57,062 bases of DNA, taken from NCBI GenBank assembly GCA_963575745.1, contig CAUYUJ010000049.1, positions 62,001-119,062 on the forward strand, written 5' to 3'. This DNA is from Prorocentrum cordatum. Lineage: Eukaryota. The notes below the pieces were generated by a model, which worked only from the letters and a program-made list of their open reading frames with translations, did not search any database and was not told the DNA's origin. Every line of letters starts with the position of its first letter. Positions within the stretch are counted from its first letter, which is position 1. A program made the translations under genes and the position numbers. Below, one piece after another: positions 24,223 to 36,764 of this stretch.

Positions 24223-26789
24223 TGGGCGTACATGCGCTTGTCATGCGGAGTTCCCCCGAAGCAATGCAAGTGGTTTGCGTGGCGCTGGCGTTTGATGGGC
24301 AAATTCACGCCGCGAGCGTGCAACAAACCCGCGGGCCACCGTGGGCCGAGCCGCAAGATTGAGCGCAGCGCCTCTTGGCCATGGAGCCCACCCTCGACCT
24401 CAGTGGCTGCAAAGCCGCGTTGCCTGATGGCGCCTCGCAGCCTTGTTTGGGCAAGGCCAAACGCTGTTTCTTTTCGGCCGACGGCGAACTCCCAGGGTCT
24501 AGAGGCGCCCCCCCCCCCCGCCGCCAATGGCTGAGATTGTCTGCGGCGCGTGCAAGCCGCGACCCTGGGGGCTACTCGGAGACCCGGGTGCGGCAACCCG
24601 GCGGAGTTCTCGGCCAGTCGCGCACTGGGCGCAGCTACTGGAGTTGTTCGTCACCGACGCAATCGTGCTCTGCAGGCGTCTCGAGCAATCGCCGCAGGCT
24701 GCGCGTTTCTTGTTAGGCGATGGGCAGCGCAAGGCATCCAACGCCATCGGCCGCGCCCGTCGAGGGCCCTGCTACGTTCGCGAAAGGGGGAACGCCACCT
24801 CGGCGGGGAAGTTAAAATGAACGCGCAGCGGTGGCAGCTGCAATTCCTAAGTTTGCGTGTGTCCTGTTGTCTTGTCACGGTGAGCAGCGCAGGACCCGCC
24901 GCGTTCGCCTGTTGGGGCGCCAGCGCGAGCAACAATGGGGCGGTCGCGGCACTGGCGGGGGAACTGAGGCGCCCCAAGAACGGTGCCAAGTTAGACTTTC
25001 AGTTGAACGGGTTCTGTTCTGTGCCCTCGATGGCGGGCGACGCAGAACCTCCGCGCGCGCCCGCTGGGGGCCCAGCATTGCCCGCGAAAGAACAGCGGCA
25101 ACATTGGCCTGGTACCCAACTGAAGCTTGAATGCTGACTGACTGGACTTTGAACTTAACGCTGCTTCTGTTGGGTGCCATCTAGGGTGCACAGCGCGGGC
25201 CCCGAGCGTTTTTTTAGCCCACCCGGCCCATCAACGGCTTGCCGCCGTGATGGCGTGGAAGCTACACGTGAACCCTTAACGGTGGCGAGATCGGTTTTGA
25301 AGATGCACGTGTTCTGTTGCATGCCTGCGCTGGCGAAAAACGCAGCACCTTCTGCGCGCGCGAGCGCCCGTTGGGAGTTCAGTCTGGCCTGGACAAATTG
25401 CCGCAATGGTGGCACGGGAACCGAAGTGAATCCTCAACGCCAAATAGGCCTTGGAAAGTAACATGGACCCTGGTGACCCCGATGCTCCTATGGCGGACAG
25501 CTTGACAAGAATCGAGAGGTCACCATATAGGCTTGGTAAGCAAAGCGGGCCTTGCGCGCTCCTGATTTCAGGTGACCCGCTCGCGTGGGGCACCCACCGT
25601 GCGCAGGTGACCATGGTCACCCGCGCGCGTGGTGAATTGCGTTGTCCACAACTAAAGAGTCGCCATGGTGGCACGGAAACTAAGGCGGCCACTCAGCGGT
25701 GGCGGATTGGAACTGCCAAAGAAACATAGGCTATGTTATAGACCTGGTACATTGCAAAGGTACAGAGCCAACTCCCGCCCGCGCGCGCGTGTTGCGCGCG
25801 CGGTGATTAGTGAGAACAATCGAACCGTCGCCATGTTGGCTTGGAAACTACAACGAACCCTCAACGGTGAACGAGCGGACCTCGGGTGAGCCGCACGCGC
25901 GCCGCGCGCGGGTCACCCGCCGCGCGCGGGTGACCATGCGCGCGCGTCGCGTGCGTGATGCAGCGTGAACTGCCCTCAACCGAAAAATTGTTGCGGTGGC
26001 CTTTGCACTTAAATCAACCCTTGACGGCGGCCGATTGGCGCTTGAAACGTGCATGTGTTATTCGGAATGATTTCGGCAGAATTAAGACGGAACGTCATCT
26101 CCAATGCGCGGGCGCCCGTTCAAAGTTCTGCGTTGTCTATCGAAGGGAAATCACCGTGATGGCCTGGAAATGGAACGTGGCAACTAGGGGTAGCCGGTTG
26201 GTTTTGTTGTGGCTTCCTTGGGCTGTTTCTGGGCCTCTTGGGGGCTTCTTCGGGCCTCGTGGGCTCGAAATACAAGTTCGGCATCCAAGTCTCGGGCTTG
26301 AATTGGCCCCCCCCCCCCCCTAGCGACCATCGGGGCCTCAAAGACCCCGCTTGGACAATGTCGATGCAATATTTAAGACGTCTTGCCCCGTCCCCGAAAG
26401 CCTTCGCTTTCAGTGTTCATGAAGCGTGTCGACATAGTAGGCTTGTTGCGCCATGAATGATTCAGCCCTTACAACGTAATTTTTATTGACGCCCCCGCGG
26501 CCGCCGGCGGGTTGGGGGCATTTGTTCGCCTGCGGGCGCGAAGCAATGATCAAAACGTGAAGAATAAAATTTCGCCGACCCGACATCGCAAAAACAGATC
26601 AAGTATAGTTTTGCTGGGCGAACTTCTCGGGGCCGCCCTGGGGCCTTTTGGGAAGTATGCGGAGCCAGCCTGGGCCGTCTTGGGTGGCTGCTCCGCCACA
26701 AAAAAGAAAATATGCCAAAACACAGCGGCCGAGCATTTCTGCCCGGAGCTTACGCGGATGCGCTTGCAGCGAATAAGGTCTTGACAGTG

Positions 26790-27702
26790 ATAGCGGCAGC
26801 AACAGTGGCAGTTGTAGTGGTGGTGGTCGGAGACGAAGTAGAAGTAGACGTAGAAGGAGACATCGTAGTAGCTGTTCTAGTAATGATATCAGTAGCAGTA
26901 GGAGAAGTAGTAGGAGTAGCAATCGTAGCAGTAGTCTCAGTAGCAGTAGCAGTAGCAAGAGTAATGAAGGTTGTAGGAGTGGTAGAGGTTGCACAAGTAG
27001 TAGAAACAATAGAAGTAGTAATACGTGTAGTAACACTAGTCGCCGTAGAGAAGCAGTTATTGCAGTAGAAGTAGGAGTGGTAGGAGTGGTAGTAGTACTA
27101 GTAGACTAAGAAAAAGCAGCCGAGGTGGTAGCAGTAGAAACTAGTAGTCGCGGTAGGAATCGTAATAGAAAGTAGTAGTAGTAGTCGTCGTAGTAGTTGA
27201 AGTAGGGGTGGTAGGAGTGTTGGTGGTAGAAGAACAAGTAGTCTTAGTTGTACTAGTAGTAGCACGAGTACTCATATTTTACACAGGAAGTTTAGTCAAC
27301 GCACTACTAGTCGACACGTAGAAGTAAAAGTAATAGCCGTAGTAATCGTAGTAGTAGTAGTAATAGTAGTGAAAGAACTGGTATTTTAAATCGTAGTAGT
27401 CTTAGTAGCAGCAGTAGTAGTGGCAGAAGTAGTAATAGTAGTACCGCCACGAGTAGTAGCAGACATAGAACCAGTAGTAGAAGCAATAACCACAGAAGCA
27501 GTCGTAGCGGGAGTGGTCGTCGCAGTAGAATTAGAAGTAGTACTATAAGTAGTAGTCGTCTGAGGCTTAGCCGTATAATGTCTAGTAGCAGCTGTAGTAG
27601 CAGTAGCAGCAGTAGTGGTAGTAATGGCCGTCTTTGTAGCAGTTGTACTAGTAGTAGTAGTAGTAGTAGTAGTAGTCGTCGTAGTAGTAGTAGTAGTCGT
27701 AC

Positions 27703-27750
<48 letters not shown>

Positions 27751-27991
27751 TAGTAGTAGTACTAGTAGTAATAGTAATAGTAGTAGTAGTAGTAGCAGCA
27801 GTAGTAGTAATCGTAGTTGATGTTGTTGTTATAGTTGTTGCCGTTGTACCAGTAATCAACATAGTATCGCCCATACGAGAAACGACACTACGATTCGTAG
27901 TAGTGGTAGCAGTAGTAGTAGCAGCAGCAGCCCTCTACTTTTCAGAGTCTGTCATCATTATGTTCCTCTGTTGTTGACGCAGCTATATCGC

Positions 27992-28041
<50 letters not shown>

Positions 28042-28046
28042 AATAA

Positions 28047-28090
<44 letters not shown>
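26790..28090. repeat. Degenerate (TAG)n tract followed by (GA)n
   Basis: Direct reading; purest at 27650-27800. Confidence 0.95.
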
Positions 28091-28091
<1 letters not shown>

Positions 28092-28462
28092 ACCCACCGT
28101 TTAGCGCTTAGACTGGAACAACCTATCCTTTGGGGACAATGCTGGCTAACACCGAGCGCATCCTAGTCAATCCTAGGCGCAACGCATGGCGCAACATGTT
28201 GCGCAATCTGTGGCTCAACCCTATGTGGTGCACCTCAGTGCGCGTGGCCGAAGCCATGCTTCTGTTCGAGGGTTGTGGGCGTGGTAGATGTCTTCCGACG
28301 GACTGACTTGTCGCGTCTGCCAAGCAGTCCTTGTATCGTTCCCATCACGCACGACCGTTGCTGTTTGGGCTCAAGTTCAGGCGCCTAGAAGCGGTGCAAG
28401 CTCGCCAACGCGAGCTTCCCAACGCCTTGGGCTCTCTCTTGCCGGAGACGGCGGCGGGCGCC

Positions 28463-31106
28463 ATGGGCGGCGGCTCGCGCGAGTCCAAGGCCAAGGCCAA
28501 GGGTGGCAAGGCTAAGAAGAGGAGCGCTGCGCAGCCCGCCAGGCCCGTTGATAATGAGAGGGGCGCGAAAGCAGGGACCGACCATGCCTTGCTGAACGCG
28601 CGCGCGAGAATTTCTGCGCCACGCGCCGCCAGGGGGCCCACGGCTACGAGAAAGACGTGGAGGGGGAGGCCGAGTACCTCTGGTGGCCGAAGCTCGAGCT
28701 CTCCAATACCACGCAGCTGTGGACGCCCGTGGGGGAGGAGTGCGGGAAGTGCGCATGCGTCAGAGGTCGCCACTACTTGAAGGGAACGAGCCAGGAGGAG
28801 CTCAACGAGAATATAAAGGACGGTGGGGAGGAAGCTGAACGACACTGCCGACTTCGAAAGGACCGTGCCACAGGAACCAACGCGCTGCAGGCGTCCGAGA
28901 GCGTCAACGTAAAGGCCGAAACCACCAAGCAGCTAGAGAGTTACAACGACGCGTTCGAGGAGGGTCACTTCCACGATCTTGTTCAGTTTGCCTGTGACCG
29001 CAACCTCCGCTTTCCAGATCAGGAGTCCCTCATTAAGCACATCGAGGAGCAGATGCAGTACGAGGTCGGGTTTGGGGGGGCGGGCGTCCTCGGGGCGTTT
29101 GTGACTGAGATGCCACGTGGCGCCCAGTGCAAATTCAGTCGCGGGATGAAGCGCAGCGCCCTGCGCAGGGAGGTCGAGGGGCACGCCGACGCGGATGGCG
29201 CCAAGGATCGCCACGCCGAGAACGTTGAGGTGGATGGCTTGGCGGCGGGGGGCGACTCGGCCGAGCAGCACTTGCAGGACAGGCAGGACTTCGATGCAGA
29301 GGAACCTTCGCCATCCCCTCCTGTCGGCTTCATGGCGGGGTTCACCACCTCCGCCGCTGGCGCTGCGTCCACGGTGGGATCGGAGGACATCGCGAGCGTG
29401 GCGTCGTCTGTCATTGGTTGCCGTAGCAGAGGCCCAGCACCTCCCCTCTTTGCTTCGAAGACCCGCCATGCGCCAACTTCGATTCGGGCAACCCCGTCCA
29501 CATCAGCGCCAGGTACATCGCCAGGGATCTCCGAGGCGCAGCCGCCCCCGAAGAAGAAGGGCCGTCGCAGCAGCGCGGCGGGAAGCCCAGCCGCGAACAC
29601 CGTCGAGTCGGGGCGAGCGCTGCTCGAAGGGGCCGAGACGGCCTTCCAGCTGTCGGCAATCTGGAACAAAACGTTCAGGCCCCGCGACTTCGAGAACATG
29701 CTCACGATATTGTCGGCCAAAGCTTCGAAGGTGGCTGCTGTGCCGGGCGAGCCTGGCCCGTCTGAGGAATCCGAACTCCTCTTCAACATGAGCGCGAAGC
29801 TCGAGGAGAGCCGCAGCACATACAGGAGCTGAAGGATGCGCCAATGAAGGCAGTCGATAACCCCAGCGATATCCTTGCGATCTTGACGAAAGCAGACGTC
29901 ACCACACAAGCGAACATGCTGAGCACCACGTCGTTCAACCTGATGTCGCTCGGCATTGACGGCATGGTCGCCGCTCTCAAGGTGGCGAAGGACCTTGGGG
30001 GCGCAAGCTTTTCGGTCGGCGCGCTCACTGGCGCAGGGGACCTCGACGAGTTGAAGGCCACCGCGCAGACGAACATGATCTCCAGCTCCGTGGGGAAGTC
30101 TTTGAAGCGTATGTCCGAGGCAGACTACTCAAATATGATGCTCCAATGCGACACCTTGATTGGCCCCGTTGACGTCGGCAGCTTGGACGTCCAGGTTCCT
30201 GCCGTGAGCGAGTCCACTGGGCGGCTGCCTCAGGTGCTGTTCGGCCTCGACGCGATGCGCCTGTTCGGCAAGATCCGGGGGCTCGACTCGTCGGAGGCTT
30301 CCGCAGGATCTGCGAGTGCAAGCTGTCAAATTGGACTCCACCAAACACATGTTGAGCAACGGGCTTCGCTGTCTCATCAGGGTCAGCGGGGGGGCAGGCA
30401 GCAGCGCCAAGGCTGCCTGGGACTGCATCGCGAAACAAGATGTCGGGTCGGAGATCGGGCCGCTCGCATTTTCCGTCGAGGAGTCTTTGAAGCAGTTCAC
30501 GTCTGAGATCGGGGGGGCCCTCACAAGGATGGACAATGGGGCCGCCGTGGAGCAACTGTGCACTTCCCTCGTGAAGGCCGCTGAGGGCGAAGGCAACGAC
30601 ATCGACCTGTTCTCGAAGTACGTAGACACGCTCGACGACGACGAGGACAAGATCGGCCAGAAGAACGTCGAGCTGCTGAAATTGCGCGACGAGTTCATCT
30701 CGACGACTTGCGCTGCCATGTCGGCGGTGCTTTCCCACTACGGTAACTTCTCAGCGTACGCGAACGTCATCATGGCCAACAACTTGTCGTACTCGTCCCC
30801 AGGCCCCTCGTTGTGTGAATGGTGGAGGGGTGGAGGCGCGGCTGAAATGATATGCCAGAGTATCCTTTCTGGGAGGAGGGCGAGGATGATAAGAAAGAGG
30901 ATGGAGGGGGGATAGAGGGGGGAAGAGAATCGGTGAGGGGGGGGAGGATAGGAGGATGAGGGCGAGGATGAGGAGGGAGAAGAGGGCCAGGGCGAGGAGG
31001 ATGAGGAAAGACAAGGGGGACGAGGAGGATGCGGATGAGGAAAAACAGTCGGAGTAGGAGAGGCGGATAACATTATGGATAAATGGGGGGGCAGTGCGGC
31101 AGAGGG

Positions 31107-31138
<32 letters not shown>

Positions 31139-32845
31139 GAGGATAATCGAAAACACTTCCAGGGGCAATCGCGTTCGCTGTTCGCTGGGTCTCCTGGGGC
31201 CGACGGGGCCTCCCGTTAACAACGTCGGACTTGAGCCAAACGCGATGCATGGGCCCCGACTGGGGCGCAGCAGTGGCAACCACCGTGGACGGCAAATCCG
31301 AAACGCCATGTTTGTTTGGTGGCCAGAGAACGCTTCCATCATGATTTGACTCGTGGCTAGAGAACCGCCCCGTGCCTCCCCCAGTTGTGTGGCAATATAA
31401 ACGGTCGCGAAACCCTGTGGCAATCTAAATTAGATTGCCACAGGGCCTGGCGACCGTTTCCGCCAATTGCCACAGGGCCTCGCGACCGTTTAGATTGCCA
31501 CAAGGCCTCGCGACCCATTAGAGTATCTAAAGGGTCACAAAGCCCCCCCTCCTTTGTTCCTGCAAGGTGAGTCGGGCATTCTTGATAAGTATGAGGCCGA
31601 CCCCTTCCAGCTCGTCGTTCAGGTCGCGACGTTCTTGCTGTGCTTTGATCTCGGTGCATCCGACAGAGCTGTCATCGTCGAGGCGCAGCAGCGCAGCCAG
31701 ATCATGGTTGACGTAGCGGACGTGCAGTCCCGCAGCAACTACAAGGACAGCGCCTCTGTGGCCACCATGTGGAGCGAGATCTGGATCAAAGAGGGGGCTT
31801 TGAAATGCGCATCCAAAGTGAAGGACACCAACGCCGCATGTTTCCAAAGCCTCTCCGAGGAGTTGTCGTCTTACTCCGTGCAGGCCCCCATAGACGTGAT
31901 TTTCACGAATATCGTTGGCAGTCCAGAGTGCCGCAAGGTGGAATTGAAATTCTTGGCTGCCATGAAGACGCTTGAGTCTCGCCTCCCGCCCTCCGTGGCA
32001 TCGTTGGTGGATTCAGCGAAGTCCTACATGCCGATCCGCCAGTGCTGCGAGCAGATCTCCCAGGGCAAGAGCGTAGGATGCATTGCGGCAAACACCCACC
32101 TTCGTTTGCACGATGGCCTGCACGACGTCGTCAAGGGGAAGGCCGAGATGAAGACGTGGAAGGACGCCCTGATCAAGGAGTGGCAGGCGGGTGCCGCGAT
32201 GATCGTGTCGAACTTGGACGCGACGCACGTCGACGCGTTCCTCGCGAAGTACGGGCCTGACGGCGAGAACCTCTGGGGTCTCATCGTGACGTGGACCTTC
32301 GACGAGAAGCGCTGGCTGGCGAGCTCGACCCCAGATGCACTGCGCGAGGCCGAGTTCCAGAAGGCCGAATCGTTCGTTGTGAACTTCACGATGTCGGAGC
32401 GCATCGTCGAGGACCTTTGCGCAACGACGCTGCCGGCCTCCTGGGCTTCCCCTGGCGAGCTCGAACAGCTGCGTGACACCAAGAACAAGCTGCCCAGCCT
32501 CAAGGACAAGCGGAACCAAGTTGCAAAGCTGATGGGGGCGGCAGTGCTGTGCAACGCCATCGTGACCGACGTCAGCAAGCAATCCACTCTGAAGTACGTG
32601 ACTGGCGCCTGGGGGTTTCCTTGGCGACGCTCCCCGCCTCTCTCGCCCAGAAGTTAGAGGATGCGTCTGGGCAGGGCGCAGCCTCCAAGGAGGTGTCGGC
32701 AGCGGCGCCTGGCAAGACGGAGTTCGCTGCCGCGGCCGCTGCAGCGTCAGCCAGCAGCAGCAGCGCGGCGGCCGCAGGCAGCGGAACGGTGCCTAAGAAA
32801 AGCCTTCTCGTCAAGCTCCCGCCCCCCAAGAAGAAGATCCAGTAG
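28463..32845 (+). pseudogene. Large unknown cargo gene (~1200 codons) with N-terminal Cys pairs, helical body and NLS-like motifs; frameshifted, one intron
   Basis: Consecutive ORFs 28657-29832, 29844-~30310, 30316-~30800, 31554-~32610 and ~32610-32845 share a strong GC3 coding pattern. FCAT(R) and CGKC pairs; PPPKKKGRR and terminal PPPKKKIQ. Confidence 0.65.
30790..31574. mobile_element. Insertion or intron within cargo gene with 4-bp flanking repeat GTCG
   Basis: GTCG at 30786-30789 and 31571-31574; excision gives NLS-GILDKYE in frame. An AG|GC donor at 30803 and AG|G acceptor at 31566 also keep frame. Confidence 0.6.
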
Positions 32846-33636
32846 TTAGTGTTTCTCTCAGTTCCTAGTTTTGCCGATGCGCGATTCTGAATCGCGCGGC
32901 CATTGCGCCGCGTGCTTTCCCAAGCCATGCGTCGCCGATTCCTTGTGCCCGAGGCCCCGCGGGAAGATGCGTTGTGCCCGAGGCCCCGTTCTTTTCAGCT
33001 CGCAGTTGCGAACGCTTTGGCGTGAGAGTGCGCTGAAAGCGTACGGGTTGCAATGGAGAATTTCCTCTGAGGCCCCGTGGGCAATCCGTGGCCTGTGCGA
33101 GGGCGAGGGAAGGATAGAAGGACAGGGAGGGGAAACGACATGGAGGGGAGGGACGAGCAGGAATGAGAGAGGAGTCAGGGATGGCCAACATCGGTTTGCC
33201 ACTGCGGAGAGGCCACTCGGGGCAGTAGAGCAGTGACTAAGACGCTGGATTCAGCAAAACAGTAGGGGAAAACATGAAAATCAACAAGGTGAGGTTGCGG
33301 TTGCCGCTGTATTTTCTCGCCGTGCTCATGAAATGCCATGCGTCCCTCTTATCGTTGATCGACTGCGTCGGCTAGCTCAGGTATGCCCCCGCTTGAGTTT
33401 CGGAGTTGCTCTGATTGATGTTATGGGCGACTGGGTTTGTGAAGTGACAGTTTGAGTTGCGAGATTCGTAGGCGGGGCTCTCCCTTTCTGGCATGTAGGT
33501 GATCAAAGCTCTCGTCTGGGTGCTCTCCCTTTCTGGCAATGCAATGCCACCGTGTAGTAAATATAACAACAAATTTACAGTAACCCATTTAAGACGTAGT
33601 TCAATTTCGGCAATCGTCCTGGCAATCTCTTTGGCC

Positions 33637-33668
33637 ATTTAACTGTTTTGGCGAAGCGTATGTTACAA
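33637..33668 (-). repeat. Right terminal inverted repeat
   Basis: atttaactgttttggcgaagcgtatgttacaa, immediately followed by TSD actcttgg. Confidence 0.82.
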
Positions 33669-34070
33669 ACTCTTGGGCCGTCGTGGGGGCTCCCGGAGGC
33701 CGTCTTGGAGCCATCTTCGGCGTCTTGGAGCGACGATTCGGGGATTCTGGACCCTCTTGGACGTTTGGAGACCTCCTGGGACCCTCAGGACCCTCAGGTG
33801 GCGTTTCGGGGCTGTCTGGGGCTGTCTCGGGGGGGCCCCAGAGGCCCCGGTCCCCCCATGCCCCGTCGGGGTCGCCGCCCCGGGCGCCCCGTGCACAGAA
33901 ATATATCTGTATATCTATATTTCCACATATATATATATATATACACATACATCTATACATGTATATATATATATATATACATATAGACACGCGCATGTAC
34001 ATGCGCAGGGGGTAAATATATGTGTAGATGTACAATTTTGTGTATGCATGTTTGTGTACAGGCGTGTGTA
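33669..34070. repeat. Resumed second half of the repeat copy interrupted at 14167, ending in a (TA)n-rich tail
   Basis: actcttgggccgtcgtgggggctccc...gtgcac matches 12441 onward and 12830-13026. Confidence 0.9.
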
Positions 34071-34375
34071 CAAGATCCAAGATCTGTACGCATTCAAATA
34101 AATCTGCTATTGGGTGGTGGCAGGGACCCCCAAGACGTCCCAACTGGGCCCCGAGTCGCTCGTAAGAAGGCTCACAGATGGCCCAAGACTGTGCAACTTG
34201 CTCTCAAGACGCAGAACAGCCCCCACCCCCTCCCTGGGAAAGAACGAGAAAAGCCGGAAGAGAAGGAGCACGAGGGGAAGAGGAAAGGAATGGGATCCAC
34301 GGAAGGAGCGGGAACAGGAAGAGCAGCATGTAATGGCGGAAGGAAGAATGATGAGAGATGGCGAGCGCTGCCTAC

Positions 34376-34504
34376 CCTAAGCCGGTACTGCTGCTCTGCA
34401 TCTGGTCGGAAGTCCGCGTTGCCATCCTGGCCCGCGTTCGCCCCGCAGCCGCGGCCAACTGCGGGCGGGTGGGGTCCAAAAGCGTCGTCTTTTGCAGTGC
34501 ACGT
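34376..34504 (-). other. Possible isolated host exon (129 bp)
   Basis: Minus strand ttcttcctacag acceptor and gtaggc donor bracket a non-repetitive stretch whose length is a multiple of 3. No recognisable protein motif. Confidence 0.2.
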
Positions 34505-35233
34505 CTGTAGGAAGAACCGGGAAATATGAAATGGGAAGTAAAGAGTACGCGATACTACCCCCCAGCCTTTTGGGCTAAGGTTGTCTAGCGAGTTCTGTCT
34601 TTCCTCTTCCCAAAGCCCTCCATGGGTCTGGAGGGGACTAGCCGCGATTGGTCACGGCGCCCAAGATGGCTCCAAGAGAGCCTTCGATACTCCAAGATTG
34701 CCTCCAAGGCGGCCCAAGAGAGCCGAAGATGGTTCAAAAAGCTTCTGACATACCTCCAAGAGGCCCGACGAGGGCCACAAGACGGCTCCAAGTGCTCCTG
34801 GAGCCCCCTCAGGAGCCTCCCAAAAGGTCCAAATCCTCGAAATACCCGAGGATAATAAATGATTTGTGCCTTTTTCGCATTTTTGCTTCCGATGCACTTT
34901 GAGGCATCAAGATGGCTCAAGAAAGCTCCAGGAGGGGGGCAAACGTCACGACCCCTCTCTTTCGCCGATGGCTTCCACGGTAGCCCCAAGAGGCCCTTCA
35001 GGCTCCCACTAGGCCCCCAAGTGAGCCCCAAGAGGGCCTAAGACCCTCAAAGAGAGCCCCAAGCGGACCCCGAGATCCTCCAAAATGGCTCCAAGAGGGC
35101 TCCAAGAGGCGATGTTGAGGTCTCTGTCCTCGTCCCCGTTGTTCTACTCCTCCTCCTCCTCCTCCACCTGGTTATCGTTCTCGTCCTCATCGTTGCCTTC
35201 ATCGTCTTCCTTTCCCTATTCCTCCTCTTCCTA

Positions 35234-35278
<45 letters not shown>

Positions 35279-35569
35279 TTCATCCTCTTTCTCCTCCTCC
35301 GCCTTCGCTCGTCCCCACGCGGCACCCAGGGATGGCCCGAAGAGGCACTTCCAAGACCACTTCCTTGATTCCGAATTCCCATTGTTCACCCTGGCTGTCC
35401 GCTTGAATTCACTACATGTGCCTCTTCGTGCCTTTCATGGGCAAAAATTCTGAATGGGCTGATGGGGATACCCACAACTCACGGGTCACATGAACGCTCC
35501 CACGCGTGACATTTCCCGAGGTCACGGAAGTGCCTCTTCCTCCTCCTTCCCACCTCCACGACCAACACC

Positions 35570-35862
35570 ACAATCACAATCACCACCATCCTCCTCCTCC
35601 TCCTTCTCCTCCTCCTCCTCCTCATCGTCATCGTCATCGTCATCGTCATCATCCTCATCATCATCATCATCATCAGCATCAGCATCATCAGCATCATCAT
35701 CATCATCACCACCACCACCACCATCATCATCATCACCATCGTCATCATCATCATCATCATCAACATCAGCATCAACATCATCATCATCATCATTATCATC
35801 ACCATCATCATCATCATTAGCATCCACATCATCATCATCATCATCAGCATCATCATCGTCAG

Positions 35863-35897
<35 letters not shown>

Positions 35898-36540
35898 CCA
35901 TCACAATTATCATCAGCATCCACATCATCATCATCGCCATCAGCATCAGCAGCATCATCATTTTCATCTTCATTTTCGTCGTCGTCCTCCTCCTCCTCCT
36001 CCTCATCATCATCATCATCATATCATCATCCTCATCGTCATGAGCATCATCATCACCACCATCCTCCTCCTCATCATCATCACCACCATCATCATCATCC
36101 TCATCATCCTGATCCTGATCCACATCCTCATCAGCATCGCCGTTTTCGTGGTCGTCATCGTCATTGCCATCGCCATCGCCACCACAATCATTATCATCAT
36201 CACCACCATCATCACCATCCTCATTATCCTCCTCCTCCTCATCATCAACATCGAAAATATCATCATCATCGCCATTACTATCGCCATCGGATGAGCATCA
36301 CCAACATCAGCAGCAGCATTACCCTCATCATCCTCAACATCCTCATCAGTATCAGTCTCAGTATAGTCATCATCATCGCCTTCATCATCACCATTATCAG
36401 CATCATCATCCGCATCCTCGTCATCATCACCACAATCATCATCACCATCATCATGATTCATGATAGTAACCGCCACCATCACTATCACCATCATCCTCAT
36501 CATTACCATCATCGTCATCGTCATCGTCCTCATCATCTAA
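35570..36540. repeat. Degenerate (CAT)n microsatellite
   Basis: Direct reading. Confidence 0.97.
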
Positions 36541-36764
36541 GAGGAAACAAACCTACCTCGCTTTTGACCACACTCGCTTCCAAGAGATACCAAGCGATGC
36601 CAAACTGCGGCCTGTACTGGTCAGGCCACTTGACGAGGAGGTGCGTGGTATGATTTGGTTTTTCCTGGATGCGAAAGCGGGGTAGGTAATTCACGCTCTG
36701 ATCATCGGCAGCCTCAGCCTCAGCATCAGCAGCAGCATCACCATCGTCATCGCCATCGTCATCA

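Larger units (their letters stand above)
14168..33668 (+). mobile_element. 19.5-kb cargo-carrying TIR DNA transposon, hAT-like
   Basis: 8-bp direct repeat ACTCTTGG at 14160-14167 and 33669-33676. Terminal 32-mers are inverted repeats (24/32 identical). The flanks rejoin into the repeat seen uninterrupted at 12421-12500. Internal DDE transposase-like gene. Confidence 0.85.

Noticed and set aside
26599..27977. Mucin-like poly-Thr, poly-Ser or poly-Val ORFs
   Set aside because: Products of the (TAG)n microsatellite.
33372..33638. 88-aa ORF starting at the right TIR
   Set aside because: No motifs; lies in the AT-richer subterminal region and contains a local ctctccctttctggca duplication, so more likely cis-acting DNA.
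35479..36653. His/Ser/Met-rich ORFs
   Set aside because: Products of the (CAT)n microsatellite.
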